Shown: positions 1-11,307, counted from the first letter of the stretch. The stretch is 64,000 nucleotides of DNA from an uncultured delta proteobacterium (GCA_963808235.1 CAWEEQ010000004.1:1728001-1792000), one strand, 5' to 3'. The notes: generated from the letters alone by a model not told the origin. Program-made: numbers and translations.

Positions 1-1205
<1,205 letters not shown>

Positions 1206-1255
1206 GCTACAGAAAAAGTATCATGCCCGTTCACACGCACGCAACGAGGTGCGTG

Positions 1256-2650
1256 CTAGACCGCGATTTCACGCGCCTCAACGCGCAGTATAATTTCCGA
1301 TGCTTCCGTGACCAGCGCGGCGCTCCCACGCACGAGCCCCGGCAGCCACGCGACCTCGCCGCCAATCGTAACGATTGGAAAGCGTGCCCGGCTTGCGCGC
1401 GGCAGCTTCCGATCGATAAACACATCCTTAACCTTGCGCTCGCCAACCATTCCAAGCGGCGTCACCCGATCGCCGCGAATAAAGTTGCGGACGACGATCC
1501 CGGAGCCTCGAGTCTCCGCCGCATCGAACCGCGCAACCCGCAAATCATCCGGCGCCGACAGGCCGCCGGCCGCGATTGTCGACGCCTCGAAGCGGTAGCC
1601 CGCCGCTTCGACAGTCGTGATTCCGTCGAGACTCAGGCGCACCGAGAACGCCTCGGCATTCGCGGGCGTCGTGTTAACGACGCGGAGAAAATTGTACTCG
1701 CGCTCGGCACGCCATCCATTTGGGAGGTTGATTGAGTCGCTCGGACCGCCTTCGAGAACCAGACGCCGGATCGCCTCTAGATGCGCCCGCGTGATTCGCC
1801 GCAGCGACACCATCCGCTCGTTAAGATAAAGACGCAGCACGGTCATCTGCAGCGCGGGTGCAAGCGATGCGAATCGCGTCACGTCGACCGCGCCGTCATC
1901 GCAACGCATCGCGCCAAGTTCAATCGATCCAGCGGCGACCATGAAGTCATCGACCGAGCGCATCTCAGCCGCGACTTCGGAGAGCCTTCGCGCAACGCTC
2001 GGCGCGTACTCGCGCTCGAGCATCGGAATCAGCTCGTGGCGAATCCGATTGCGCAAAATCGCCGACGACCGATTACTCGAGTCCTCGACGAACTCAATTG
2101 CGCGCTCAGCCAGGTACGCGAGAATCTCCTCGCGAGAAAGCGCAAGCATCGGCCGAAGCAGCCGACCCGGCCCACGCGCAGCCATCGCTGACAACCCCGC
2201 GATTCCTGCGCCGCGGAACATCCGCATCAGCACGGTCTCAGCCTGATCGTCCCCATGATGAGCCAGCGCAATAAAGTCAGCGCCAACATCGTCGGCAGCA
2301 CGATTCAAAAAGCGATACCGCTCCTCGCGCGCCCGCTCCTCGAGATTCGCCGAGCCAGCCTCGAGCCCTTGGGCACGCTCCACGACCAGCACAACCGCAA
2401 GCCGCGCACACGTCTCGCGCACGAAAGCCTCGTCACGATCAGACTCAGCGCCGCGAATCCGATGGTTCAAATGTGCGGCCGCAACTTGCATCTCGAAACG
2501 CTCCCGAAGCGCAAGCAATACGTGAGTAAGCGCGACGGAATCCGCCCCACCCGAGAGCCCAATCAGGATCTTCGCCCCACGCGGAATCCGAGCCCGCTCA
2601 AGTGCCGCCGCAACCGCATCCAGCACTGCTTTTTCGGCATCACGAGACAT
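1256..2650 (-). CDS. tilS: tRNA(Ile)-lysidine synthetase
   Basis: PP-loop SGGADS, HLNHRIRG, AHHGDDQAET, EDSSN..RNRIRH, and a C-terminal TilS domain. Start set at MSRDAEK (2650). Confidence 0.95.
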   Translation of the reverse strand: MSRDAEKAVLDAVAAALERARIPRGAKILIGLSGGADSVALTHVLLALRERFEMQVAAAHLNHRIRGAESDRDEAFVRETCARLAVVLVVERAQGLEAGSANLEERAREERYRFLNRAADDVGADFIALAHHGDDQAETVLMRMFRGAGIAGLSAMAARGPGRLLRPMLALSREEILAYLAERAIEFVEDSSNRSSAILRNRIRHELIPMLEREYAPSVARRLSEVAAEMRSVDDFMVAAGSIELGAMRCDDGAVDVTRFASLAPALQMTVLRLYLNERMVSLRRITRAHLEAIRRLVLEGGPSDSINLPNGWRAEREYNFLRVVNTTPANAEAFSVRLSLDGITTVEAAGYRFEASTIAAGGLSAPDDLRVARFDAAETRGSGIVVRNFIRGDRVTPLGMVGERKVKDVFIDRKLPRASRARFPIVTIGGEVAWLPGLVRGSAALVTEASEIILRVEAREIAV

Positions 2651-2698
2651 AGCGATGAGGTTATCCCCGCCCCAAAACCGCATCAACGGCCATCCTCC

Positions 2699-3025
2699 TC
2701 ACCGCGCCATCCGATCGAGCAGATTCAATATCACTCCGATACCCGGGATATTCACCTCGAGCTCCTCACTGAGCGTACGAATCACTCGCACCCTATGAAG
2801 CGCATCGCGATCGTACAGCGGCTCCACGCGATGCTCCCGCTGCTCGATTCGCGCCGGCGCGAGAAGATCCTCCTGCTCCCAAATTGAGAGCTGCCGCTCG
2901 CTGATTCCGCACATCGAGCAAAACACGCTCCGGCTCACCAGCACGACTTCGCCGCGAGCGCCGCGACTACGTTTGCGTAGCAGCTTGGATACCGCCGAGC
3001 TTGAGGATGAACTTCGCCTCGCCAT
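2699..3025 (-). CDS. MerR-like chaperone modulator (CbpM/HspR-like)
   Basis: MerR-type HTH and the L..ELEVNIPGIGVILNLLDRM motif; directly downstream of a DnaJ/CbpA gene. Confidence 0.8.
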   Translation of the reverse strand: MARRSSSSSSAVSKLLRKRSRGARGEVVLVSRSVFCSMCGISERQLSIWEQEDLLAPARIEQREHRVEPLYDRDALHRVRVIRTLSEELEVNIPGIGVILNLLDRMAR

Positions 3026-3060
3026 GTGTTCGCGTCAGGTCCGCTTCACTTCGTAGTCAT

Positions 3061-4179
3061 TCATTTTGTAGCCATCATGTCGGCGCGAGGATCCGGAACT
3101 CCGCGTGCCTTCAGATGCTCCGCGAGCTGTTCCATCAGCGCGCGCTCTTCGGCAGTCAGGTTGGTCGGCGCGAGCACTTTCAGTTCGTAGAGCAGGTCTC
3201 CGGCCGGTTCCTTTCCGCGCGCAGGCAGGCCTCGCCCACGCAGGCGCATCACGCGGCCGGTCTGGCTTCCCGCGGGAATTTTGAGCGATACGCGGCCGTC
3301 AACGGTGGGTGCGGTGATCTCGGCGCCGAGCGAGGCTTCGTAATCCCAGACGGGCAACTGCACGCGGATATCGCGCCCCGCGATCGCGAAGACGGGATTT
3401 GGCTCGATACGAACGGTGAGGAACAGGTCGCCATTTTCCTCCGGACGCGGCGCGCGACCGCCCTGCCCCTTCAGCCGAAGCTGGGTGCCGTCCGCCGACC
3501 CAGCAGGTATCGACACCTCCAGAGTCCGCCGATTTCGCACCACTCCATTTCCGCCACAGGTCGGACACGGCTCGGCCGAGCGAATCACCCGGGTCTTGCC
3601 GTGGCGCTCCTCGCGCGCGACCATCCCGCTGCCGCCGCAGGTAGAGCACTCATCTTCGGCGATCAGATCGAGGCGTTGTTTGGCGCCTTTGATCGCGTCG
3701 GCGAGCGGAATTTTCACTTCCGCGCGGAGATCGGGCGCGCGCGGGGGCTCCGAGGCGAACTCGAATCCTTCAAATCCGCGCGACGCGCCGCCGCGGGAAC
3801 GGCTCGGGCCGCGCCGCGCGCCGCCGCCAAAAAACTGGCCGAAAAAATCGCTGAAATCTCCGAAGTCGGCGCCCCCGCCGCTGCGCGCTCCTCCGCCGCC
3901 AGCGGCCGATTGTTGACGCGCGTAGCGGCGCATCATCTCTTCCTGCGACACGCCATGCTCCCAATCGGCGCCCAGCTCGTCGTATTTTTTGCGCTTTTCG
4001 GGGTCGCCGATTACCTGGTACGCCTCGTTGATTTCCTTGAACTTGACCTCGGCGTCCTTGTTGTTGGGATTGACGTCCGGATGATGCTTCCGGGCGAGCT
4101 TCCGATACGCACTCTTAATCTCAGCCTCGCTGGCAGTGCGCGGAACTCCGAGTGTTTTGTAGTAATCGCGAAATTCCAT
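3061..4179 (-). CDS. DnaJ/CbpA-class co-chaperone
   Basis: J domain (DYYKTLGV...HHPD), G/F-rich region, two CxxCxGxG motifs and a DnaJ C-terminal domain. Confidence 0.93.
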   Translation of the reverse strand: MEFRDYYKTLGVPRTASEAEIKSAYRKLARKHHPDVNPNNKDAEVKFKEINEAYQVIGDPEKRKKYDELGADWEHGVSQEEMMRRYARQQSAAGGGGARSGGGADFGDFSDFFGQFFGGGARRGPSRSRGGASRGFEGFEFASEPPRAPDLRAEVKIPLADAIKGAKQRLDLIAEDECSTCGGSGMVAREERHGKTRVIRSAEPCPTCGGNGVVRNRRTLEVSIPAGSADGTQLRLKGQGGRAPRPEENGDLFLTVRIEPNPVFAIAGRDIRVQLPVWDYEASLGAEITAPTVDGRVSLKIPAGSQTGRVMRLRGRGLPARGKEPAGDLLYELKVLAPTNLTAEERALMEQLAEHLKARGVPDPRADMMATK

Positions 4180-4246
4180 CTGGAATAATCAGTAGCTATA
4201 GTTAGTCGGTATCTATCGAAACATACTCAGTTACGCGCCCTGCACC

Positions 4247-4301
4247 TTCCGGTTCCGCTTCCCCTAAGGGAAGCGGAGAAAGTTCTGGGGGCATAAGTTC
4301 G
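4247..4301. repeat. REP-like palindrome, family B (CTTCCCCT[A/C]AGGGAAG core)
   Basis: Hairpin ccgcttccc-ctaa-gggaagcgg; related copy at 44087-44142 shares the core and the downstream GGGGG..AAGTTCG. Confidence 0.55.
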
Positions 4302-4308
4302 CCCCACT

Positions 4309-4512
4309 TCACAACTGCGGTGGAGAATCGTCCCGCATCTCGGCCTTAGACTCCCCTGCCTTCTCCGCAAGCGCTCTGAGCCGTGCCTCGAGCCGCCCGA
4401 CCTCCGCGTCCAGCGCCAACTGCCGCCGCCATATAAATACCACGTACAAAAAAATCACCGCGAAAATAATACTATACGCAGCAAACAGGTACCCGAAGTG
4501 ATCCATGCTCAA
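4309..4512 (-). CDS. ccmD: Heme exporter protein D (CcmD family)
   Basis: 67 aa, single TM segment (YLFAAYSIIFAVIFLYV) and charged tail, last gene after ccmC. Confidence 0.8.
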   Translation of the reverse strand: MSMDHFGYLFAAYSIIFAVIFLYVVFIWRRQLALDAEVGRLEARLRALAEKAGESKAEMRDDSPPQL

Positions 4513-4521
4513 TCCATTACC

Positions 4522-5244
4522 CTATCGGTCGCCCGCCGCTGCAAACGCAAATGCTATTTGCGTAGCCACTCGATTAAGGCGAGTCCGGGTCCTCATCTGC
4601 GCAAACCGGAGCATCAGGAGCCATGCCCATAGCGCGGTCATCGCGGTCAGAGAGACCAGCAGCGTCGCAATCATCCGCGGATCCTCGAGCCCATGACCGC
4701 CCTGCCTGGTGACCAGCACCGCCGGATGTATCGTCCTCCACAACCTTACCGAGACGATCACGATCGGCACGTCGAGCGCCGCGACGATTCCGATCACCGC
4801 CGCAAACCGCGCAACCTGGGAGCTCTCCTCGGCGCTCGCCCGCATCAACAAGTACCCGCAATACATCAACCACAGGATAAAGGTGGTCGTGAGCCGCGAA
4901 TCCCAAGTCCACCATACACCCCAAATCGGCCGCGCCCAGATCGAACCCGTGACCAGCATCAATGTGCAGAAGATCATCCCGGTCTCCGCCGCCGCGTATC
5001 CAAGATCGTCCCAGATCTGATCGCCGAGCCACAGATAAAGCGCCCCCGCCACAGCAACCAGCCCAAACGCCGCGAACGCAACCCACGCACATGGCACATG
5101 AAAATAAAAAATCCGCTGCACGATCCCCTGGTCTGCTTCAGTAGGCACGTAGTCGAAGATCATGAACAGCGATGCGATCATCAGTGCGAGCGTGGCAAGG
5201 CCAAACCAGTTTCGAGTCGAGGTGTTCACAAAATCAATCCTCAC
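4522..5244 (-). CDS. ccmC: Heme exporter protein C
   Basis: RIFYFHVP, WWD motif GSIWARPIWGVWWTWDSRLT, and RTIHP. Confidence 0.95.
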   Translation of the reverse strand: MRIDFVNTSTRNWFGLATLALMIASLFMIFDYVPTEADQGIVQRIFYFHVPCAWVAFAAFGLVAVAGALYLWLGDQIWDDLGYAAAETGMIFCTLMLVTGSIWARPIWGVWWTWDSRLTTTFILWLMYCGYLLMRASAEESSQVARFAAVIGIVAALDVPIVIVSVRLWRTIHPAVLVTRQGGHGLEDPRMIATLLVSLTAMTALWAWLLMLRFAQMRTRTRLNRVATQIAFAFAAAGDR

Positions 5245-5905
5245 CTACCACATGCTCGAACAGCAGGTAACCGGCGGTGACGAATAGTACGTCGAATGCG
5301 ATCATTATCTTGAGCCAGTCGCTCATGGACGCGAGCGGCGCGCCCGACAGCGCGGCGACACTCGCCTTGACTCCGGCTATCAGAGCCGGCGCGAATATAG
5401 GCACTGCGAGTATCGGCAGAATCATATCGCCTGTGCGCGTATGACCAGTCGCCGCGGAGAGCAGCGTCGCCAGCGCCGAAAATCCGAGCGCACCGAGCAT
5501 CAGTATCGGCGCAAGACGAATCAGCGCGGCGCTGAACTCAAGATTGAAGAACAACACCATCAGAATAACCGCGCCCGCCTCCGCCGCCGCCATGAAGGTA
5601 AACGCCACCGCTAGCTTGGCCGTGTAAAGCGTCCCCGGATCGAGTGGACTCAAGAGCAGGCCGCGGATAGCGCCGTTCTCGCGCTCGGCCGAAAGCGCGC
5701 GCGTCGCGCCGACCAGCCCGGAGAATACCATCGCGACCCAGAGCGCGCCCGCGGCCGTATCGACGCTCCGAACCCGCGCCGCATCGAGTGCGAATACCAG
5801 CACCACCAGCACCAGCATCGACATCGCGAGCAGCGCGAGCGTGCTATGCCCTCCGCGCGCTTCGAGCCTCAGATCCTTCCGAATCACGGCTGCAAAAGCT
5901 GACAC
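5234..5905 (-). CDS. ccmB: Heme exporter protein B
   Basis: KDLRLEAR, ERENGAIRGLLLSP, six TM segments; lies between ccmA and ccmC. Confidence 0.92.
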   Translation of the reverse strand: MSAFAAVIRKDLRLEARGGHSTLALLAMSMLVLVVLVFALDAARVRSVDTAAGALWVAMVFSGLVGATRALSAERENGAIRGLLLSPLDPGTLYTAKLAVAFTFMAAAEAGAVILMVLFFNLEFSAALIRLAPILMLGALGFSALATLLSAATGHTRTGDMILPILAVPIFAPALIAGVKASVAALSGAPLASMSDWLKIMIAFDVLFVTAGYLLFEHVVGED

Positions 5906-5914
5906 GATGCGCGC

Positions 5915-6622
5915 CTACCGGCCGAGCAGCGTGCGAAGCCGCATGCCGAGCCGGACCTCCTCTTTTTCTTCCTCGATGAGCGGCATCAAGCGGCCATGCT
6001 CGAGTTCGAACACTTCGAACTCCAGACCGCTGATTTCATGCACTGTGTGCGCGGTCGCGAGCACCGTTGCGCCACGATCGATCGCACTTGCAATCAGCGC
6101 CGTGACGGTGGACACACCTCCAGCGTCGAGCGCCGCCAACGGCTCGTCGAGCAGCAGCAGAATCGGGTCGGCGAGCATCGCGCGCGCGGCCGAGAGGCGC
6201 TGCTCCATGCCGCGCGAGAAGACGCGGATTCGCTCATCGGCAAATTCGGCCAGCCCTACACGCTCGAGCCACTGCGCGGCGAGCGCGACTGGATCGGCGA
6301 GCGAATACAACTCCGCATAGAACTCCAGATTCTCGCGCGCGGTCAGGTTCGGATACAAAAAACTCTGATGCGCCATCAGGCCGATTCGCCGCCGGTAACG
6401 CGCGCCCAACTTCCGTGTGTCCTGCCCGAAGACGATCGCGCTCCCTTTACTCGGCGCTTCAAGCCCGGCAAGGATTCGCAGCAAGGTGGATTTGCCCGCG
6501 CCATTGCCGCCTATTACAAACGCGCCGCGGCCCGGCAGCAGCCGGATATCCACGTCGCGCAGCACGGGCGCAAGCCGGTAAGTCTTCGCAAGTCCGTGCG
6601 TCTCGACGACCGGCGCCGCCAT
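5915..6622 (-). CDS. ccmA: Heme ABC exporter ATP-binding protein
   Basis: GGNGAGKST, LTARENL, FSRGMEQR, LLLDEP; ATG at 6622 overlaps the upstream TGA. Confidence 0.93.
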   Translation of the reverse strand: MAAPVVETHGLAKTYRLAPVLRDVDIRLLPGRGAFVIGGNGAGKSTLLRILAGLEAPSKGSAIVFGQDTRKLGARYRRRIGLMAHQSFLYPNLTARENLEFYAELYSLADPVALAAQWLERVGLAEFADERIRVFSRGMEQRLSAARAMLADPILLLLDEPLAALDAGGVSTVTALIASAIDRGATVLATAHTVHEISGLEFEVFELEHGRLMPLIEEEKEEVRLGMRLRTLLGR

Positions 6623-7146
6623 CACTCGGTCCAGTTGGTCGCGCGGGCCGGGGTCTGCTTGATTGCGGCCCCACACTCGGCGCAGAAGTTCGAGTCGGGC
6701 GCGCTGCGCGTGCCGCATTGCGGGCAAAAGCGAATCTTGCGCGACGATGACGGCCGCGGGACCTCATGATGCACCACCAGGGTCGGAACCGTGTCGGTGC
6801 GGCGCGGCAGCGGCGTCTTGCGCGTCGCGTCGGCGAGCGCAACTACCGACGCCTGCTTTTTCGCCGCCTCGGCGCGAAGCCGTTCGACCTCGGTCATCGC
6901 CGTCAAGGCGCGATTTTCGAGCGCGGAATGCATCGAGTTGTAATCGTCGTCTGACAGCTTGCCCATCTCGCGGTCGAACTCGAGTTCGTGCAGCCCCTGC
7001 ACCGCAAGCGAGCGCTGATGCTCACAGCGCTCGACTTGAAGCTCGCCCGCACTCTTGGACCGCTCGCGGCTAAGTCCGATCCCGAGCGGCGCCGCAACGA
7101 ACAGCGCAACTCCGGCGACAATCAACGCGGCGGCGACGATAAACAC
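6622..7146 (-). CDS. CcmI N-terminal-like membrane protein with C-terminal zinc ribbon
   Basis: N-terminal TM, ELEFDREMGKLSDDDY motif, and FCPQCG...FCAECG; inside the ccm operon. Confidence 0.75.
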   Translation of the reverse strand: MFIVAAALIVAGVALFVAAPLGIGLSRERSKSAGELQVERCEHQRSLAVQGLHELEFDREMGKLSDDDYNSMHSALENRALTAMTEVERLRAEAAKKQASVVALADATRKTPLPRRTDTVPTLVVHHEVPRPSSSRKIRFCPQCGTRSAPDSNFCAECGAAIKQTPARATNWTE

Positions 7147-7150
7147 TCCG

Positions 7151-7675
7151 CTACCTTTGCTCCTTGAGCTCCTTTTCCAGTTTGCGCCTAAGTTCGGGAG
7201 CGAATGAAGTGGGCGGCGTCACCGGAATCGAGCCCGCCGGAAGCGAATCTGACGCAGAGCGCCATCGCCCGAATGCGAATACGATCAGTCCGCCGCCGAC
7301 AAAGAGTGCGATAAACGGCATCGTCCACGCGAGCAGGTTGAAGCCCTCCGCGGTCGGCGCCGACAAAACTTTCTCGCCATACTTATGCCGATAGAAGGCG
7401 ATTATCTGCGCGCGTCCCATCCCCTTGCCGATCATCTGATCTATCTCGCCGCGCATCGGCACCGAGAATCCGCAAGTCGGCATGTTGCAATTGGCAACCG
7501 TCAAACCGCATCCGCATTGGCAGGTCAGACTCTGAGAAACCTCGGCATTCGTCGTCTTTTCCGCCGCAAATGTTTCACGTGAAACGTAACTCAGTTCAGG
7601 AGAAAGAAAAGCGAAGGCTGACAAAGTCGCAATCATTGTCAGGAAGAGCCGCATCGTGATTCGACGCCGGTTCAT
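7151..7675 (-). CDS. ccmH: Cytochrome c biogenesis protein CcmH/CcmL-like
   Basis: Signal peptide, LTCQCGC...C...C, KYGEKVLSAP..GFNLLAW motif; ATG overlaps the ccmF stop. Confidence 0.85.
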   Translation of the reverse strand: MNRRRITMRLFLTMIATLSAFAFLSPELSYVSRETFAAEKTTNAEVSQSLTCQCGCGLTVANCNMPTCGFSVPMRGEIDQMIGKGMGRAQIIAFYRHKYGEKVLSAPTAEGFNLLAWTMPFIALFVGGGLIVFAFGRWRSASDSLPAGSIPVTPPTSFAPELRRKLEKELKEQR

Positions 7676-9715
7676 CAGTCGCCTCCCGGCGCCGCGTCGC
7701 CGACCGCCGTATCCGTAGCCGGTGCGCGCTCTCCGGCACCGCTGAGAGCGGCGGCAATCGCTGCGCGCTCGCGTACGTTCGGCCACATCACGATGACCGT
7801 GCCGAGGACCATCAGCAGACCGCCAGCCCATAGCCAGAAGACCAGCGGGGTCAGAAACACCTCGAAGGTCGCGGTCTGTCCGGTGTCGTCGATTCCCGCG
7901 AGCACGACGTACAGGTCGGCGATCGGCGTCGAACGGATTGCGACTTTAGTCGCTGGCTGCTGCGGGCGTTTGTAGAAGAGCTTGGCCGGTTCCATCACGG
8001 TAACTTCGCGACCGTCGGCGCGGAGCACCTCGACGCGCGCGGTCGCGCTCTCGAGATGCGCCGTTTCGATTTGACTCGAGACCTAGAAAGCGGAGCGTGA
8101 ACGATCCGATCGTGAAGCTCTGGCCGGGATGCACACTCTTCTTCACGTCGGTGCGGAAGAACGACGAGCCGACAATTCCGACGAATGCGACGATCACGCC
8201 GACGTGGATTATGTAGCCGCCGTAGCGCCGATTATTTTTCGCGACCAGGTTGATAATCGCTTTGGCGCGCGGCTCGGAAACCATATGCCGGCGCGCGTTC
8301 ATCCCGCGGCGGAACTCGACGATTATCGTGCCCATCACGAATGCGGCCAGCGACAGCGCGGTCAGCACGTACCATTGTCGAAGGCCGGACGCGGCCGCCA
8401 CTACCCCGGTCGAGACGCCGAGGATTACCGGCGCGGCAAAACTTTTGAGCAGGTTGTCGGCGGTGGTGCGCCGCCATGCGATCAGCGGGCCGACTCCCAT
8501 CAGAAATACCAGGCCCAGCGCGAGCGGTCCGTTGACGCGATTGAAGAACGGCGGTCCGACCGTGATCTTCACGCCGCGCACCGCTTCCGAGAGCACCGGG
8601 AAAATCGTTCCCCAGAAAACCGCGAATGCGATCCCAACCAGGAACAAGTTGTTGAACAGGAACGCCGCCTCGCGCGACAAGTACGATTCGAAATCGGCGG
8701 GACTGCGCAATTGATTGGAACGGAAGATCAAAAGCGCGCTATACGCCAGCGTCACGACTATGAGGAAGCTGAGGAAGTATGGACCGAGTCCTGATTGGGT
8801 GAACGAATGGACCGACGAGATGACGCCGCTGCGGGTGATAAAGGTGCCAAAGAGCGTCAGTCCGAATGCGAGTCCGATCAGCGACAGATTCCAGATCTTC
8901 AGCATGTCCTTGCGTTCCTGGATCATCACTGAATGAAGGTACGCGGTCATCACGAGCCACGGCATGAAGGCGGCGTTCTCGACCGGATCCCACGCCCAGT
9001 AGCCGCCCCATCCGAGAACTTCATAGGCCCAGCGCGCGCCGAACATGTTGCCAAGGGTCAGGAAGAACCAGGAAAAAATCGCCCAGCGCCGAGTGGTACG
9101 AATCCACGCGTCGTCGAGCTTGCCAGTCATCAGTGCGGCGGCGCCGAACGCAAACGGCACAGTGGCACTGACGTAACCGGTGTAGAGCGACGGCGGATGA
9201 ATCGCCATCCAATAGTTCTGCAAGAGCGGATTTAAGTCGGACCCTTCGGCCGGAATCGTTGCCAGGAGATCGAACGGCCGGGTCACGAAATTCAGCATCC
9301 CGAGAAAAAAGATCGCGACTCCGGCCATGACCGCGAGTGCGTAGGGCGCGATATCGGGATTGCGACGCCGATTCTGGAACGCCGCAATCGAAGTGAAAAT
9401 CGAGAGCAGCCACGTCCAGAACAACAACGAGCCTTGCTGCCCGCCCCATAACGACGTGAACTTGTAGACCGTCGGAAGCGTGGTGCTGGAATATGCAGCG
9501 ACGTACTCAAGCGAGAAGTCGCTGCGCAGCAAGCCGGTCCACAGCGCGATGACCGCGATCGTGACCATCGCGCACATCGCCCACAATGCGTGACGGGCGC
9601 TCACCACGAAGTCGGGCGCATCGCGGCGCACTCCGTAGATATTCGCGATAATCGAATAGACGGCGAGGATCAGCGCAATCGCGAGCGCAAGTTTGCCAAG
9701 TTCCGGCATCAACAA
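7675..9715 (-). CDS. ccmF: Heme lyase CcmF/NrfE, frameshifted near 8070
   Basis: LWGGQQGSLLFW, IHPP, WGGYWAWDPVENAAFMPWL, SVHSF. The C-terminal part (IETAHLESATARVEV...DLYVVL...PLVFWLW) is in another frame; one extra base near 8070 explains the shift. Confidence 0.92.
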
Positions 9716-9725
9716 AAACCCGCGA

Positions 9726-10178
9726 CTATTGTGATTGCTTGGGCTGGTACTTGGAAGGGCAACTCGTCATCACTTGGCTCGCGATGATGACGCCGCCGGC
9801 GCCGAGTTTGCCCTCGACTATAACGTCGCGGCCGGGCGCGAGCATATCGGGTTTCGGCTGTCCGGCGCAGTAAACGGCGAACGAAACGGGATCGGTCGCA
9901 TTGACGCTGACCGGCCGCACGGGCTCAGTCGAGGCAGGGTCGGGGATCGGTACGATCACGAATTTCAAAGTGAGGGTATTCGGCTCCCAGCTGATAGTGC
10001 CGGCCTTGACCCGGCCGGCGACGCGAATGGGCTCGCTGCCGAGCTCGGCCCGGCGCGCGCCGACTTCATCTACGGTGAGGTAGTACTCGGACGTGCTGCG
10101 AATCGCGCTTACGATCAAGTAAGCGATCGCAAGGACGATCAGGGCACCGCCGATGTAGAATCGAGGCCGCATCCGCAT
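9726..10178 (-). CDS. ccmE: Heme chaperone CcmE, CxxxY variant
   Basis: N-terminal anchor, YYLTVDE, IRVAGRV, PDML...VIVEG, and terminal SCPSKY in place of HxxxY. Confidence 0.92.
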   Translation of the reverse strand: MRMRPRFYIGGALIVLAIAYLIVSAIRSTSEYYLTVDEVGARRAELGSEPIRVAGRVKAGTISWEPNTLTLKFVIVPIPDPASTEPVRPVSVNATDPVSFAVYCAGQPKPDMLAPGRDVIVEGKLGAGGVIIASQVMTSCPSKYQPKQSQ

Positions 10179-10496
10179 TGCATAACTATATTCGAGATTT
10201 CAGCGGAGTGCATTCGTCGGCGGTCGCGGCATTTTAAGCGCCACCCTCACCTGCGCTCTTCCGTAAAAGTAGAACGTCGATACTATTCGTTGCTAAGGGC
10301 CTTCGCCGGCGGCTGCCCGGATCCCCGGTAGTGCGGCCAACTACTCGCTGGCCGGCTGGCGACGAAGGTCTCGAGCGACGCCAGCGCCGGCCCGATGCCA
10401 TCTCGAAACATCTGGGGATAGCCGGAGTCCTCGCCAAAATTGCGAAGGTCTCGGCGCGGCCTCTGCCTGCCAGGGCGAGGCTATTCAGAAATGACC

Positions 10497-10527
10497 GGGC
10501 GCCGAGCGAGGTTATCGCTCGGCGCCC
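10497..10527 (-). terminator. Hairpin downstream of His-Pro repeat gene 1
   Basis: GGGCGCCGAGCGA-N5-TCGCTCGGCGCCC; near-identical hairpin at 11588-11617 downstream of the paralogue. Confidence 0.6.
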
Positions 10528-10545
10528 TTCCGACAAACTAAGTGC

Positions 10546-11307
10546 TTAGTGCTTCTGATCGTAGTGGCGTTCGGCGGCCATGTACTTGTACGGATGCGAC
10601 TTCCAGTCGCGACGAGCTACCGGATGCGTCTGCAGGTACTCATGCAGGCCCGGGTGATTCTCGACGTAGGTGTGATTGTCCACCAGCCCCGGATTCTTCT
10701 CCAGTTGCTGTGAGACTTCGGGATGCGAGTCCATGTACTTGTCGGTTGTCGCTAAGGGATGCGGACCGTTCCACTCGGTGTGGTTGTCGTAGTAGTGCTC
10801 ACGAGCCATGAAACGGTCCGGGTGATTCTGGAGCTCGCCTCGGACCTCCGGATGATTCTTGAAGTACTCGTCGAGTCCCGGATGAGTAGCCAGGAACTGC
10901 GGGTTGTCGACCAGCCGCGGGTCACGACCTAGCTGCGCTGCTACTTCGGGATGCTCGTCCAGGTAGCCATTGTCGAACCGGCCGACTTCGCCGCGCGTGA
11001 TTCCGTAGCCGCGCTCGCCGAAGTGGTCATGGCGCCATTCGTCGCTCATAAACCGGTATGGATGCTGCTGTAGGTCCTGTCTGACCTCCGGATGATTCTT
11101 GAAGTACTCATCGAGTCCCGGATGAGTAGCCAGGAACTGCGGGTTGTCGACCAGCCGCGGGTCACGACCTAGCTGCGCTGCTACTTCGGGATGCTCGTCC
11201 AGGTAGCCGTTGTCGAAACGAGCTATCGGACCAGCAGCCGCGATCGACACCGTGCCGATTGCGCCGGCTAAGATTAACGTTCCGAAAGTTTTTACGTACC
11301 GTTTCAT
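10546..11307 (-). CDS. Secreted His-Pro repeat protein 1 (three modules), unknown function
   Basis: Signal peptide MKRYVKTFGTLILAGAIG..., GGAG RBS, and repeated YLDxHPEV..QL..DP.LVDNP.F...HPGL.EYF..HPEVR..L..HP.RFM. Confidence 0.85.
   Translation of the reverse strand: MKRYVKTFGTLILAGAIGTVSIAAAGPIARFDNGYLDEHPEVAAQLGRDPRLVDNPQFLATHPGLDEYFKNHPEVRQDLQQHPYRFMSDEWRHDHFGERGYGITRGEVGRFDNGYLDEHPEVAAQLGRDPRLVDNPQFLATHPGLDEYFKNHPEVRGELQNHPDRFMAREHYYDNHTEWNGPHPLATTDKYMDSHPEVSQQLEKNPGLVDNHTYVENHPGLHEYLQTHPVARRDWKSHPYKYMAAERHYDQKH
10843..11217. repeat. Intragenic duplication, ~135 bp at 240-bp period
   Basis: 10843-10977 and 11083-11217 differ at only 2 positions. Confidence 0.9.
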
